Source of the DNA: an uncultured Candidatus Saccharibacteria bacterium
GTDB lineage: Bacteria > Patescibacteriota > Minisyncoccia > Phycocordibacterales > UBA9973
DNA length: 64,000 nucleotides
Direction: 5' to 3'
NCBI GenBank assembly: GCA_964639185.1
Contig: CAZXCN010000002.1
Span: 30,409-94,408 of the forward strand
Shown here: piece after piece, positions 8,887-19,034 of the stretch
Layout of the letters: every line of letters starts with the position of its first letter
Numbering within the stretch: the first letter of the stretch is position 1
The notes under the pieces: model-generated
The model's input: the letters and a program-made list of their open reading frames with translations, nothing else
What the model was told of the DNA's origin: nothing
Database searches by the model: none
Program-made: the position numbers and the translations under genes

Positions 8887-10788
8887 TTATTTTTGCTCTC
8901 CACCTTCTTCAGACTTTTCATTCACTTCCGCATCCTTGATTTCTTCTGATTGAGGTTCTGTTGTTGTGCCTGCTTCTGGTGTCGCACCGGCTTTACTCAT
9001 TGCTTCGCCGATTTTGGACATTTCTGCAGAGAGTTCTTCTACAGCTTTTTTGATTACTGCTATATCAGTACTTTCTTTTGCAGTTCTTAGTGCTGTGATT
9101 TTCTCTTCCACGCCAGCTTTCAGATTCGCATCTACTTTGTCGCCGTATTCCTTGAGTGATTTCTCGGCAGAGAAGATAATCATTTCGGCAGTATTTTTCT
9201 CATCTACGAGCTCCTTCTTCTTTGCATCTTCTTCGGCATGCAATTCAGCATCTTGTTGCATCTTCTTTATATCAGCATCAGTAAGTCCAGAAGCTGCTTC
9301 GATACGGATTGTTTGCTTCTTGCCACTTGTTTTCTCCATTGCAGTTACATTTAGAATACCGTTGGCATCAACATCAAATGTCACTTCCACTTGTGGCATA
9401 CCGCGTGGTGCTGGTGGAATACCATCTAGGATAAATTTACCAAGAGATTTGTTGTCGCTTGCCATTGGGCGCTCACCTTGAGTGATGTGGATCTCCACAC
9501 TTGTCTGATTGTCGGCGGCTGTTGAGAATACTTGAGATTTAGAACTAGGGATTGTTGTATTACGCTCTACAAGCTTTGTAGAAACTCCGCCAAGAGTTTC
9601 TATTCCTAAAGAGAGTGGAATTACGTCTAATAGTAAAACATCCTTCACATCGCCTTGTAGGACTCCAGCTTGCACTGCAGCACCGAGGGCTACAACTTCA
9701 TCTGGATTGATAGAAAGGTTTGGTTCTTTGCCGAATAAATCTTTCACAGCTTTTACGATTGCTGGCATACGAGTCTGACCTCCAACAAGAATGATTTCAT
9801 TGATCTCATTCATCTTGAATGGGCTTGCCTCCATTGCACGCTTTGTAATTGCTATTGATTGGTCGATATATTCTTGAGCAAGAGATTCTAGAGTCGCACG
9901 AGTCATCTTCTCTACCAAGTGCTCTGGACCATTGGCACCACTTGTGATAAATGGAATATTTATTTCAGTTTCTGGAGTTGTAGAAAGCTCGATCTTTGCT
10001 TTTTCTGCTGCTTCGTCTAAACGTTGGATTGCAAGAGGGTCTTTACCGATATCGATACCAGTTTTCTTTTTAAATTCTTCGGCTAGGTATGTAATAATCT
10101 TTTGATCAATATCGCGACCTCCCATGTGACTGTCTCCATCTGTAGATTTAACTTCGATAACATCATTGGAAACTTCCAATACTGACACGTCGAATGTACC
10201 ACCTCCGAAGTCGAATACCACAACCTTCTCATCTTTCTTTGTGTTGAATCCGTATGCAAGAGCGGCTGCTGTTGGCTCGTTGATAATTCTCTTCACATCA
10301 AGTCCTGCAATAGCACCTGCGTCTTTTGTAGCTTTACGTTGTGAGTCGTTGAAATAAGCTGGCACTGTGATGATTGCCTCAGTAATTTTCTCTCCCAATT
10401 TTGCTTCAACATCGGCTTTGATCTTTGAAAGGATCATTGCAGATACTTCCTCTGGGCGCATCCATTTCTCGCCAATCATTACTTCTACTCCGCCATCTTT
10501 TCCGGCTTGGATTTTGAATGGAGAAGTCTTCATTGCTTTTTGAATTTCTGGATCTTCAAATCTGTGACCCATAAAGCGCTTGATACCGTAGATCGTATTT
10601 GCAGGGTTTGTTACAGCTTGGCGCTTTGCTAGCAAGCCCACCAATCGGTCACCATTTTTACCAATAGCAACAATCGATGGTGTTGTGCGTGCACCTTCAA
10701 TATTTTCTACTATCTTTGGTTGACCACCTTCAATGATGGAAACTGCACTATTTGTTGTACCCAAATCTATACCTATTATTTTTGACAT
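8887..10788 (-). CDS. dnaK: Chaperone DnaK
   Basis: [17 protein letters not shown] and DFGGGTFD Hsp70 motifs. Confidence 0.99.
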   Translation of the reverse strand: MSKIIGIDLGTTNSAVSIIEGGQPKIVENIEGARTTPSIVAIGKNGDRLVGLLAKRQAVTNPANTIYGIKRFMGHRFEDPEIQKAMKTSPFKIQAGKDGGVEVMIGEKWMRPEEVSAMILSKIKADVEAKLGEKITEAIITVPAYFNDSQRKATKDAGAIAGLDVKRIINEPTAAALAYGFNTKKDEKVVVFDFGGGTFDVSVLEVSNDVIEVKSTDGDSHMGGRDIDQKIITYLAEEFKKKTGIDIGKDPLAIQRLDEAAEKAKIELSTTPETEINIPFITSGANGPEHLVEKMTRATLESLAQEYIDQSIAITKRAMEASPFKMNEINEIILVGGQTRMPAIVKAVKDLFGKEPNLSINPDEVVALGAAVQAGVLQGDVKDVLLLDVIPLSLGIETLGGVSTKLVERNTTIPSSKSQVFSTAADNQTSVEIHITQGERPMASDNKSLGKFILDGIPPAPRGMPQVEVTFDVDANGILNVTAMEKTSGKKQTIRIEAASGLTDADIKKMQQDAELHAEEDAKKKELVDEKNTAEMIIFSAEKSLKEYGDKVDANLKAGVEEKITALRTAKESTDIAVIKKAVEELSAEMSKIGEAMSKAGATPEAGTTTEPQSEEIKDAEVNEKSEEGGEQK

Positions 10789-10890
10789 ATTGATTTCTCA
10801 AAATCACATCGAGTAATTGTCCTTTAAAAACGCGATGCAACTTTATTTGATTATATTGATAATTTGTTAATAATTTAAATTTTTACAGTA

Positions 10891-10908
10891 ATTTCGTGCT
10901 CACGAAAT
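10891..10908. promoter_or_regulatory. Palindrome ATTTCGTG-CT-CACGAAAT, candidate operator
   Basis: 8-bp perfect inverted repeat between dnaK and the divergent regulator. Confidence 0.5.
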
Positions 10909-10921
10909 ACTTGTTAAAATC

Positions 10922-10951
10922 AGTATATATGATAACATATGTACATGTCAA
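10922..10951 (-). promoter_or_regulatory. Sigma70-type promoter for dnaK
   Basis: Minus-strand TTGACA(10951-10946)-N18-TATACT(10927-10922). Confidence 0.65.
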
Positions 10952-11463
10952 GAAAACCGGAATATTCCAAAAAAATCATTAAAATACTTACTCAAAAACC
11001 AGCTGTGGCTATACATGAGATAGTTGGTGAAAGTGAGAGTAAGTCAAAATATGCCATTACCCGATCTATAAAAGGCCTAGAAGAAGCTGGTTTGATTGAA
11101 AATATATCATCTGGGCAGAATTTATATGCCAGATTAACTAAAGAGGGTAAGAAGAAAGCACATAGTTTAAAATTAGAGAACGAAGATAGTCTTATAAGTA
11201 CTACTTGGGATGGCTATTGGCGTGTGATACTACTCGATATTCCCGAGAATCGCAAAAGTGAGCGCGAATCATTGCGTTATCTATTAAAAAAAGCCGGATT
11301 CGTCTGCCTCAAAAATTCCGCATGGATCTCCCCTTACCCATTTGAACATCTATTCACGAATATAAAAAAAGACCTCGGTCTGACGACCGAGCTCATGATC
11401 CTTGTTACTAAACACGTAGACGAAATCACCGAAAAAGAATTATATAAAACTTTCGGGTTTTAA
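10939..11463 (+). CDS. PaaX-like transcriptional regulator (winged HTH plus ferredoxin-like domain)
   Basis: N-terminal wHTH (RSIKGLEEAGLI...RLTKEGK) and WDGYWRVILLDIPE...R..LR..L...GF..L..SAW.SP motif. Confidence 0.8.
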   Translation: MYMSRKPEYSKKIIKILTQKPAVAIHEIVGESESKSKYAITRSIKGLEEAGLIENISSGQNLYARLTKEGKKKAHSLKLENEDSLISTTWDGYWRVILLDIPENRKSERESLRYLLKKAGFVCLKNSAWISPYPFEHLFTNIKKDLGLTTELMILVTKHVDEITEKELYKTFGF

Positions 11464-11465
11464 AT

Positions 11466-12053
11466 CTATTTCTTGAATTCCCATACTTTCACCCTTGCTG
11501 GGCGGATTACACGCTCGCCTATTTTGTATCCTGTTTGGACAACTTGGGCTATCTTGTGATCTTGAGATTCATCTTCGGTTGGGATTGTTTCAATACTTTC
11601 ATGTAAACTTGGGTCAAATAGTGCATCTACCTGATTAATAGCAGTTACGTTATTGTCTTCTAATACACGAGCAAATTGTGCACGTATGTATTCAATACCA
11701 TTGCGCCAGTTGGCATCTACCTTTTCCCACGCATCTTTATTACCCATAGCCATGTCAAAGCTATCGAGTGCTGGCAATAAATCCTCTATCAAGTTACTAG
11801 TTACCAAAGTTTTAATATCTTTTACCCTACTATCAGTATCTTTTTGCAGGTTTACATAGTCGGCTTTTGCCCTCTGCCATCCTGTTAGGTATTCTTCCTT
11901 TTCTTTTCGGCATGACTTCAAGTCTGAACGCAATTTCTTCACAATATCTTTTGTCGGTAGTTCATCACCATCCTCATTGCTTTCAACAAACTCTACATCT
12001 TCAAATGTATCTGTATTAGTATCTTCTGTTTTTATTTCATCTTCATTTATCAT
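11466..12053 (-). CDS. grpE: Nucleotide exchange factor GrpE
   Basis: RAKADYVN, LLPALDSF, FDPSLHE and GYKIGERVIRPARV motifs. Confidence 0.96.
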   Translation of the reverse strand: MINEDEIKTEDTNTDTFEDVEFVESNEDGDELPTKDIVKKLRSDLKSCRKEKEEYLTGWQRAKADYVNLQKDTDSRVKDIKTLVTSNLIEDLLPALDSFDMAMGNKDAWEKVDANWRNGIEYIRAQFARVLEDNNVTAINQVDALFDPSLHESIETIPTEDESQDHKIAQVVQTGYKIGERVIRPARVKVWEFKK

Positions 12054-12091
12054 AACGAGTACAGTATAGCAAAAAAATATCTATGAGCAAG

Positions 12092-12117
12092 CAAAAATCC
12101 CCTTTCGGGGATTTTTG
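12092..12117. terminator. Terminator after rpsI
   Basis: CAAAAATCCCC-TTTC-GGGGATTTTTG. Confidence 0.8.
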
Positions 12118-12120
12118 AAC

Positions 12121-12531
12121 TTAACGTTTTGACCATTGTGGGCTCTTGCGGGCCTTTTTCTTTCCGAACTTCTTTCTTTCTACTTGACGTGGGTCACGCT
12201 TTAGCATTTTATTCTTCTTTAGTGTTGAGCGTAATTCTGTATCACTTTCTACCAAACATCGTGCTATTCCATGACGAACTGCTTCAGCTTGAGCATGCAC
12301 ACCACCACCTTTTGTTGTTACTATCACTTCGAATTTTTCGATACCTTCTGAAATATTTAGTGGGTCTGTAACGATCTTTTGAAGTTCTAATGTTGGGAAA
12401 TAAACTTTCATTTCTTTACCGTTGATAGTGTATGAGTTCTTGCTAGCTTTGACAAGCTTCACAACTGCTGTAGATGTCTTGCGACGTCCAACTGCGCGAA
12501 TATATTCTTTTGTTGTTTTCTTTTCAGTCAT
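12121..12531 (-). CDS. rpsI: 30S ribosomal protein S9
   Basis: GRRKTS, GGGVHAQA, ERKKFGKKKARKSPQWSKR. Confidence 0.98.
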   Translation of the reverse strand: MTEKKTTKEYIRAVGRRKTSTAVVKLVKASKNSYTINGKEMKVYFPTLELQKIVTDPLNISEGIEKFEVIVTTKGGGVHAQAEAVRHGIARCLVESDTELRSTLKKNKMLKRDPRQVERKKFGKKKARKSPQWSKR

Positions 12532-12535
12532 AATA

Positions 12536-12892
12536 TTATTCTGTTATTGTTAAGTTCTTCATCATAAGTGGGCGAAGCTTGTTTGCTGGTAACATGTTGT
12601 ATACAGCCAATCGGTACAATTCTGCAACACCTTTCTTTTCTAGTATTTGTTTGTTTGAGGCAAATTTTAATCCTCCTGGGTGTCCTGAATAACGTTCATG
12701 TAAAGTTTCCAACATTCTCTTTTCAGACATCTTTGTTTTAGATGCATTTGTAATCTCTACTTTTACATTAGGGGCAACATTGGCTGTATAGTCAGGTCTG
12801 TCCTTACCCATTAGAGCTTTTGCAACGACACTTGAAACACGGCCTAATGCCTTGCCTTCCGCGTCTATTGTGATTTTTGTTGTGTTTGTCAT
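12536..12892 (-). CDS. rplM: 50S ribosomal protein L13 (short form)
   Basis: IDAEGKALGR, YSGHPGGLK, AVYNMLP. Confidence 0.95.
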   Translation of the reverse strand: MTNTTKITIDAEGKALGRVSSVVAKALMGKDRPDYTANVAPNVKVEITNASKTKMSEKRMLETLHERYSGHPGGLKFASNKQILEKKGVAELYRLAVYNMLPANKLRPLMMKNLTITE

Positions 12893-12897
12893 AAATA

Positions 12898-13251
12898 TTA
12901 TATAAATTCTATTATTGCCATTTTACTACCATCACCTAGGCGAGGTGGTAACTTTGATATACGAGTATACCCACCACTCTTACCTTTGTATTTAGGAGCA
13001 ATAGTGTCGAATAATTTTCCAGCTTCTGAGCTTCTGTTGTAAAGGCGTGATATAACAAGGCGACGTGCTGCAAGTGTGCCTACGTTTGACTTTGTTACCA
13101 ACTTCTCGATCATTGGCTGTAGTTCTTTTGCTTTTGCTTCGGTTGTTTCAATACGGCCGTGTGCAATCATAGCAAGAACAAGGCCCTTCATCAAGGCATT
13201 CCTCTGGTTCTTTGTTCTTCCGAATTTTCTTTTGTTATCGTGATGACGCAT
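12898..13251 (-). CDS. rplQ: 50S ribosomal protein L17
   Basis: MRH, IETTEAKAKE, GGYTRI, RLGD. Confidence 0.97.
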   Translation of the reverse strand: MRHHDNKRKFGRTKNQRNALMKGLVLAMIAHGRIETTEAKAKELQPMIEKLVTKSNVGTLAARRLVISRLYNRSSEAGKLFDTIAPKYKGKSGGYTRISKLPPRLGDGSKMAIIEFI

Positions 13252-13285
13252 ATAATTTTATTAATTAAACAAGTGTGTTATTAAA

Positions 13286-14263
13286 CTATTCTTTTAAGGT
13301 TATACCATAATTACTTAGGACCTTCTTGATCTCTTGGATACCTTTCTCACCGATACCTTCGATATCTAACAAGTCCTCCTTCTTCTTACGGGCAATACCA
13401 CCTACTGTACGGATATTTGCAGTCATAAGTGAATTCAAAGTCCTTGTAGAAAAGTCCAAAGTGTCAATGCGAGTTTTTAGTATATCTGTAAATTCGCCAC
13501 TCTCTTCCTTTGACTCTTCTTGTGAAGCAATAGCTGCAACTTCAGCTGCAACTTCTTTTGCTTTCATTTTTTCTTTTGTGAATCCAGCGATAGACACAAG
13601 TTGTTCGATCATTATTTCAATAGAATTTTCCAAAGCTTGCTTTGGAGTTAGTGTACCGTCTGTTTCGATGGTCATACGTAGACGGTTGTGGTTTGTCTTG
13701 TCGCCAACACGCATATTTTCAACTTCGTATGATACACGACGAATAGGAGTAAAGATAGCATCTACTGCAATCCTACCTATATCTGTTTTTGTTTTCTGGT
13801 GCATATCTTTTGATACAAAACCTAGGCCTTTTTCTATTACCATCTCTATATCAAGAGATCCTTTACCTGTAAGTTCAGTAATATACATGTCCTTGTTTAG
13901 TACTTCTACCTGACCACTTGTCTTGATATCAGCTGCTGTAACAACCTTAGGGCCTTTTACTGATAGAGTTACAGTTTGTGGCTCAGAAGTTAATAGTTGG
14001 AAACGTACTGTCTTTAAATGAAGTAATATTGTGATAACGTCCTCTTTTACACCATCGATAGTTGAGAATTCATGATCAACACCATCGATCTTCAATGATG
14101 TTATCGCTGCACCTGGTAGTGATGATAATATAATACGACGAAGTGAGTTACCTAGTGTGTGACCATAACCAGGATAAAGGCCGTCTATTTCGTAGACACC
14201 TTTCATCTCTTCCTCTTTTACTGTTGTTAACTTTGATGGCAATATGATACTTAAATCAGACAT
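13286..14263 (-). CDS. rpoA: RNA polymerase alpha subunit
   Basis: GYGHTLGNSLRRIILSSLPG, DAIFTP and alpha-CTD; likely ATG at 14263. Confidence 0.98.
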   Translation of the reverse strand: MSDLSIILPSKLTTVKEEEMKGVYEIDGLYPGYGHTLGNSLRRIILSSLPGAAITSLKIDGVDHEFSTIDGVKEDVITILLHLKTVRFQLLTSEPQTVTLSVKGPKVVTAADIKTSGQVEVLNKDMYITELTGKGSLDIEMVIEKGLGFVSKDMHQKTKTDIGRIAVDAIFTPIRRVSYEVENMRVGDKTNHNRLRMTIETDGTLTPKQALENSIEIMIEQLVSIAGFTKEKMKAKEVAAEVAAIASQEESKEESGEFTDILKTRIDTLDFSTRTLNSLMTANIRTVGGIARKKKEDLLDIEGIGEKGIQEIKKVLSNYGITLKE

Positions 14264-14320
14264 ATGATTTGGCGAAAATATTCGCAATTATTATTTATAA
14301 AAAATAACCATACGTTACTA

Positions 14321-14929
14321 TTATCTACTGTAGAACTCGAGCACAGTATTGAGTTCTAGATAATCTTCTGTATTCTTTGGCTTACCTTCTACGACCCCAG
14401 TAAGCGTTTCAACGTTGAACTTTAACCAAGCTGGCATTGTGTATTCCTTCATCTTTTCAGATACATTTGCGAATAGAACGCTCTTCTTGCTACCTTCACG
14501 AACTGATATTTTATCACCAACTCGAATACGTTGTGATGCTACAGTACTTTTTATTCCGTTAACTAGGAAATGTCCGTGTGATACCATCTGTCGAGAAAGT
14601 CTGCGTGTATGAGCTAAACCAAGACGATACACAACATTGTCTAATCTTGTTTCTAGTAATTCAAATAGGTGTTCTGTTGCTGGAGATACTTTTTGTTGAA
14701 CTGATTCTTCGATGTAATTTGCAAATTGCTTTTCACTTAGGCCGTATGTAAAACGAACCTTTTGCTTTTCAATGAATTGCGTTGCATAACCTGAGCGTTG
14801 TTTTGGACGCTTGTCTTTACGAGCTTTATCATGGCGAGCAGCTGACGCAACAAATTTAGGTGTTTGACATTTTTCAAACACTCCAGGACCTAATCTTCGG
14901 CAAATTTTATATTTTTGTGCTGTTTTCAT
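14321..14929 (-). CDS. rpsD: 30S ribosomal protein S4
   Basis: EKQKVRFTYG, LETRLDNVVYRLG, RQMVSHGH. Confidence 0.98.
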   Translation of the reverse strand: MKTAQKYKICRRLGPGVFEKCQTPKFVASAARHDKARKDKRPKQRSGYATQFIEKQKVRFTYGLSEKQFANYIEESVQQKVSPATEHLFELLETRLDNVVYRLGLAHTRRLSRQMVSHGHFLVNGIKSTVASQRIRVGDKISVREGSKKSVLFANVSEKMKEYTMPAWLKFNVETLTGVVEGKPKNTEDYLELNTVLEFYSR

Positions 14930-14932
14930 ATT

Positions 14933-15355
14933 TTATACTCGTCTTGGTTTCTTAGGTTTAGGACCATTGTGTGGAACTGGTGTCATGTCTTTTATCATTG
15001 ATATCTCAATATCATGAGCCATGAATGCTCTTACTGTAGGCTCACGTCCACTACCAACCCCTTTAATAATTACATCTACTTCTTTTATACCAATTGCTTT
15101 TGCTTTCTCACCAAGGATTGAACCAACCTTTGATGCAGCAAATGGTGTACCCTTCTTTGCTCCACGGAAACCTTGACTACCTGCTGATGTCCAGAAAAGT
15201 GTATTACCTTCTTTGTCTGAAACTACTGCTTTTGTATTATTAAAAGTTGCTTCAACATGCAAAGTACCTGCTACCACCTTTTTCTTTGGAGTTTTTACAG
15301 ATTTTGGAGCAGACTTCACTGCGGCTTTTTTAGTTGTTGTTATTTTATCTACCAC
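14933..15355 (-). CDS. rpsK: 30S ribosomal protein S11
   Basis: ATFNNT, KKGTPFAA, TPVPHNG; GTG start. Confidence 0.98.
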   Translation of the reverse strand: MVDKITTTKKAAVKSAPKSVKTPKKKVVAGTLHVEATFNNTKAVVSDKEGNTLFWTSAGSQGFRGAKKGTPFAASKVGSILGEKAKAIGIKEVDVIIKGVGSGREPTVRAFMAHDIEISMIKDMTPVPHNGPKPKKPRRV

Positions 15356-15405
15356 GGGTTTTAAAAGTTATAAATTGTTAAGCTAAATTCAGAAACAATC
15401 AGGTC

Positions 15406-15786
15406 TTAAGTCTTTTCAGCTTTTCTGCGACCGCTAGTCATTGTTTTGCGAACATTACCACGAACAGTACGTGAGTTTGTCTTTGTGCGTTGTCCATGTA
15501 CTGGCATTCGGCGCATATGACGAACTCCACGGTAAGCCTTGATATCTTTCAAACGTTTTACGTTTGCAGCTACTTCACGCTTTAGTGTTCCTTCGATTGT
15601 TAGACTTTCGATAGCTTTACGGATTGAATTCTCTTCATCAACTGACAATGTGTCTGCTTTTCTTATTGAGTCAACACCAGCTTCGGCTAGTACCTTGCGT
15701 GCGCGTGATAGACCAATACCATATAGAACTGTTAGTGCTATATCAAGATGCTTTTCATTTGGGATGTTTATACCTAGTATTCTCAT
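15406..15786 (-). CDS. rpsM: 30S ribosomal protein S13
   Basis: YGIG, YRGVRH, PVHGQRTKTN. Confidence 0.98.
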   Translation of the reverse strand: MRILGINIPNEKHLDIALTVLYGIGLSRARKVLAEAGVDSIRKADTLSVDEENSIRKAIESLTIEGTLKREVAANVKRLKDIKAYRGVRHMRRMPVHGQRTKTNSRTVRGNVRKTMTSGRRKAEKT

Positions 15787-15788
15787 AA

Positions 15789-15899
15789 TTATTGTTTTTG
15801 TTTATGTTTAGGATTTGTACAAATAACACGTAGGTGTCCTGCGCGTTTTACGATCTTGCAATTTGAACAAATTTTTTTTACAGCAGCTTTGATTTTCAT
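15789..15899 (-). CDS. rpmJ: 50S ribosomal protein L36 (zinc-ribbon type)
   Basis: Below the track cutoff; manual translation [36 protein letters not shown]. Confidence 0.96.
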   Translation of the reverse strand: MKIKAAVKKICSNCKIVKRAGHLRVICTNPKHKQKQ

Positions 15900-16019
15900 A
15901 TTTATAAATTAATGACGAAATAAAATTAAAAGAATAAAGGATAGGATACCCTAAATTCTTTGTTCGGCATATATCGGTGCATACTACACTAATTCCGATA
16001 AAAATGCAAGTGTGTACAC

Positions 16020-16238
16020 TTACAGGCGCTTTGTTATCCGCCCCTTACCTCCATATGGGTCTAATAATACCTCTACCTTATCACCAATCAGGACCTTAAT
16101 TCGATGCATCCTCATCTTGCCAGATAGATAAGCTATTTGCAGGTTTTCCTTACCGATATTAACCCTAAAAAGAGTGTTAGGAAGAGCCTCCTCTACTGTG
16201 CCTATTACTGTATTTGTACTATCTTGTTTTTGATTCAT
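16020..16238 (-). CDS. infA: Translation initiation factor IF-1
   Basis: GTVEEALPNTLFRV, AYLSGKMR, GDKV, GRI; likely ATG at 16238. Confidence 0.96.
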   Translation of the reverse strand: MNQKQDSTNTVIGTVEEALPNTLFRVNIGKENLQIAYLSGKMRMHRIKVLIGDKVEVLLDPYGGKGRITKRL

Positions 16239-16284
16239 GAAATGGTTTTTTAATAATACCAAATATATATTAGATAGTCAATTA

Positions 16285-17778
16285 TTATTCCTTTTCTATC
16301 GTTATATAATTGATTTTTTTAGGCAATTTTTTCTGCCATGGAGGGCGTAGTATCACTCGTGCATTTTCTATACCTGGGTCTGACTTAAATATTTGATCCA
16401 AATCTGCAACAGGCATACCAGTGATAGTTGTTTTTAATTTTTCTAAATCTGGATTCCAGACCATGTCTCCTTCACCGTTTAAAACAAAGCTGATACTATT
16501 GGTAGTTTTATTTATTGTTTCAGCAGGGTTCTTGTATGAGAATGCGAGATTGGACATGTCGGCAATAGTTATTTCTGGTATTTCAGATTCAAGTACGCCA
16601 GGATAAACAGATTTAATGATAGCTTTTTGTAAATCTTCTGACTTTAATAATATTGCTGAAAGAGTCGCTTTTGCTTCTATTGTTGCTTCACTTGTTTTTG
16701 AGATTAAATTATCTGAGCTAAAATCTAGTTTGAATTGTGAGCTACCAGGGTAATATATATATCCTGGTGGAATCTGAGCTTGCAATTTCTTTTCTAATTT
16801 TGTACGTAAAAGTACACTAATATCTGTATTTATAACACCAGATTCCGTAGCAGAAGGTGTGAATACTGGACCAACTGCACCACCTGTTAATGAAGTTTTT
16901 GAGCGGGCGTATATGCTCTTTGCTTTTGCTGTGCCTTTGTATCCAAATATTACAAAGTCACGAGGGTCACCATTGTATTTATCACCAGCGTTTGCGGCTG
17001 TAATACCTACTGTAACACTACCTGGTACCACTTTTGTACCAGACATGGTGTATCCAGGGATAGTAACAGCTTTATCAGTCATGTATATCATCTTTGCGTC
17101 ATCTTCAAGGCGTGTATTGATCAATAATTTTTGTGGAGTTTTTGAAAATGCATTATAGATAACTACTTCACCATGAGCTTTGGTAGAAAGCTCTTTAGTT
17201 TCAGTGAAAATCATTTGCTTGCTCTCTTCTCCGTCTACTATCATTATTTCAAATTCTAAATTGGAAGACGCGTCTCTTTGTGCAGTAAAAACCTCATCAG
17301 TAAACACAAAGTGTTGAACTTTATTCTTTACATATACAGTAGCGTGCGCAAATATTACAGATAATACATACAAGATACCTACAAAAAGTACTGCCAAGAA
17401 GATAAATAGTGGTAATTTCTTGTTACGAACTTTCTTTGTTTTTAGAGGTTCTTTGGTGTATACAGACTCGTAATCTGTTACATCAGGCTCTTCTTGAACG
17501 ATAGGTGTCTCCTTTACTAGCTCTTTTGCATATGTATTTTCTGTAGGATTTGGACTACTATATGTATTTTGATTAGTTGTTTCTGCAACAGTATTATTAA
17601 TAGTATTATTTTCTGAATCCAAAAATTTTATTTTTGCTAATTTTCCATCTTCAATATTTTCAGGTTTTACGTCTATTTGATCTGAGTTATCATGAATATC
17701 TTCTATTATATTCTTTGATTTTATCATTGATATTCTATTCTTTGAGCGTACTATATCTTGTATTGGATTTCTTTTCAT
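16285..17778 (-). CDS. Single-pass membrane protein with a baseplate J/gp47-like extracytoplasmic region
   Basis: Disordered N-terminus, one TM, AHGEVVIYN...VTVGITAANAGDKYN...LTGG pattern as recalled for CPR baseplate-J-like proteins. Confidence 0.55.
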   Translation of the reverse strand: MKRNPIQDIVRSKNRISMIKSKNIIEDIHDNSDQIDVKPENIEDGKLAKIKFLDSENNTINNTVAETTNQNTYSSPNPTENTYAKELVKETPIVQEEPDVTDYESVYTKEPLKTKKVRNKKLPLFIFLAVLFVGILYVLSVIFAHATVYVKNKVQHFVFTDEVFTAQRDASSNLEFEIMIVDGEESKQMIFTETKELSTKAHGEVVIYNAFSKTPQKLLINTRLEDDAKMIYMTDKAVTIPGYTMSGTKVVPGSVTVGITAANAGDKYNGDPRDFVIFGYKGTAKAKSIYARSKTSLTGGAVGPVFTPSATESGVINTDISVLLRTKLEKKLQAQIPPGYIYYPGSSQFKLDFSSDNLISKTSEATIEAKATLSAILLKSEDLQKAIIKSVYPGVLESEIPEITIADMSNLAFSYKNPAETINKTTNSISFVLNGEGDMVWNPDLEKLKTTITGMPVADLDQIFKSDPGIENARVILRPPWQKKLPKKINYITIEKE

Positions 17779-17803
17779 ATTTTTTAAATTAATTAAAGAT
17801 TAT

Positions 17804-18991
17804 TTATAAAGGTAATATTCGAGCCATAGCTATAGCCTCTACCATCAAGAATTGATCACAGGTGCCATCGCTAACTTTACACATATCTAATAATAAAGGC
17901 CCTTCGATGGTAATCACTCTAAATTTTTTATCAGTTACTATGTCTTGCGAGTAGTCACCGCTCTCTAGTACTTCTTTGAACCAAACTGTTGTATCATTAT
18001 CACCAACAAGAAAAACAAATGTTGGTAATGAAATTGATCTAGGTAATGAAAGTATTGCGTCTCGGAAAAGTTTTACCCATTCTGTATGTATATATTGTAA
18101 CACATCATCTACTTTTGCCTTCTCTTCGATTGTTAACATCTTTGTTGCATGCATTCGAAACAATGATCTTGATTCATCTTCAGATTTATTTAATTTACTA
18201 GACAAAGACCTTATGACAGAGTTTTTACCCATCGGAAATGACATCATGGCTGACAATACACCATTTGATACTATAGCTACATCAGTTATCTCGGCATTAA
18301 TGTCTATTAGTAGGTATGATGGTACTGTTATGTATCTATCGCGTGCTGCAATAAATAGTGATGATATAAATGAACCATAAGATATCTTTGTATTATGAAA
18401 TACTTTTTTCAAAGATCCTTCTATACCCTTTATGCAAGCTTCAGGGCTAATACTTATGAAAATATTGAGGTCGATAGAAGTGGCACGCTTACCTATTGGG
18501 TCGTCTACTCCATAACCATTCAGTGAACTGTGCAGTACTTTACCCTCTAGAAGTATAGGTTTTGTATAGGCACCTTCGTATTTTTTACTGTATTTATCTG
18601 AAACATTTTTTAACTCTTTTTGAATCATCTCATCTACTATTTTTTTGGTTATCATAAATGGAGTGCTCTTCTCTAGGTGTATAGTTCGTGTTTCGGATGT
18701 ATACCAAGGGGTATTTAGTGTGCAATATATTTCATCAGGAGCGCCTTTCTTCATGTCATATATTGTTTGTGCTGTTGTAACAAGCGTTTTTTGCATATCA
18801 TTAAAAAAAGTATCGAAATCTAACTCTTCTTTTAGATCTATATGTGTGCGAGCCTGAGTTATGATATGTGGCACCCAGAATCCATGTTGGTCTTTTGTGA
18901 AATTCACCAAAGAACCACCCACTGATCCAGAACCAATACCAAACATTGCTACTAGTTTATTTTCTTTTTTTGTATTCGAAAAAATTCCCAT
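17804..18991 (-). CDS. FtsA/PilM-like actin-fold protein, divergent
   Basis: FGIGSGSVGG (phosphate-1-like), LIDINAEITDVAIV (phosphate-2-like), SFPMG and LNGY motifs. Confidence 0.6.
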   Translation of the reverse strand: MGIFSNTKKENKLVAMFGIGSGSVGGSLVNFTKDQHGFWVPHIITQARTHIDLKEELDFDTFFNDMQKTLVTTAQTIYDMKKGAPDEIYCTLNTPWYTSETRTIHLEKSTPFMITKKIVDEMIQKELKNVSDKYSKKYEGAYTKPILLEGKVLHSSLNGYGVDDPIGKRATSIDLNIFISISPEACIKGIEGSLKKVFHNTKISYGSFISSLFIAARDRYITVPSYLLIDINAEITDVAIVSNGVLSAMMSFPMGKNSVIRSLSSKLNKSEDESRSLFRMHATKMLTIEEKAKVDDVLQYIHTEWVKLFRDAILSLPRSISLPTFVFLVGDNDTTVWFKEVLESGDYSQDIVTDKKFRVITIEGPLLLDMCKVSDGTCDQFLMVEAIAMARILPL

Positions 18992-19034
18992 GTAGTTCTA
19001 TTATACTACATAGGAATTTTTTGTGTAGATTATT

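Noticed and set aside
7568-10357. Several antisense ORFs inside dnaJ and dnaK (and likewise inside rpoA, typA, leuS, murJ)
   Set aside because: They lie entirely opposite well-conserved genes and have no recognisable motifs.
10789-10940. CIRCE element upstream of dnaK
   Set aside because: No TTAGCACTC-N9-GAGTGCTAA match is visible.
10939-11463. Cas2 / CRISPR-Cas locus
   Set aside because: The Cas2-like fold is part of a PaaX-type protein; no cas1 or array nearby.
16285-17778. Prophage or contractile injection system
   Set aside because: No sheath, tube, spike, terminase or integrase genes; flanked by core genes.
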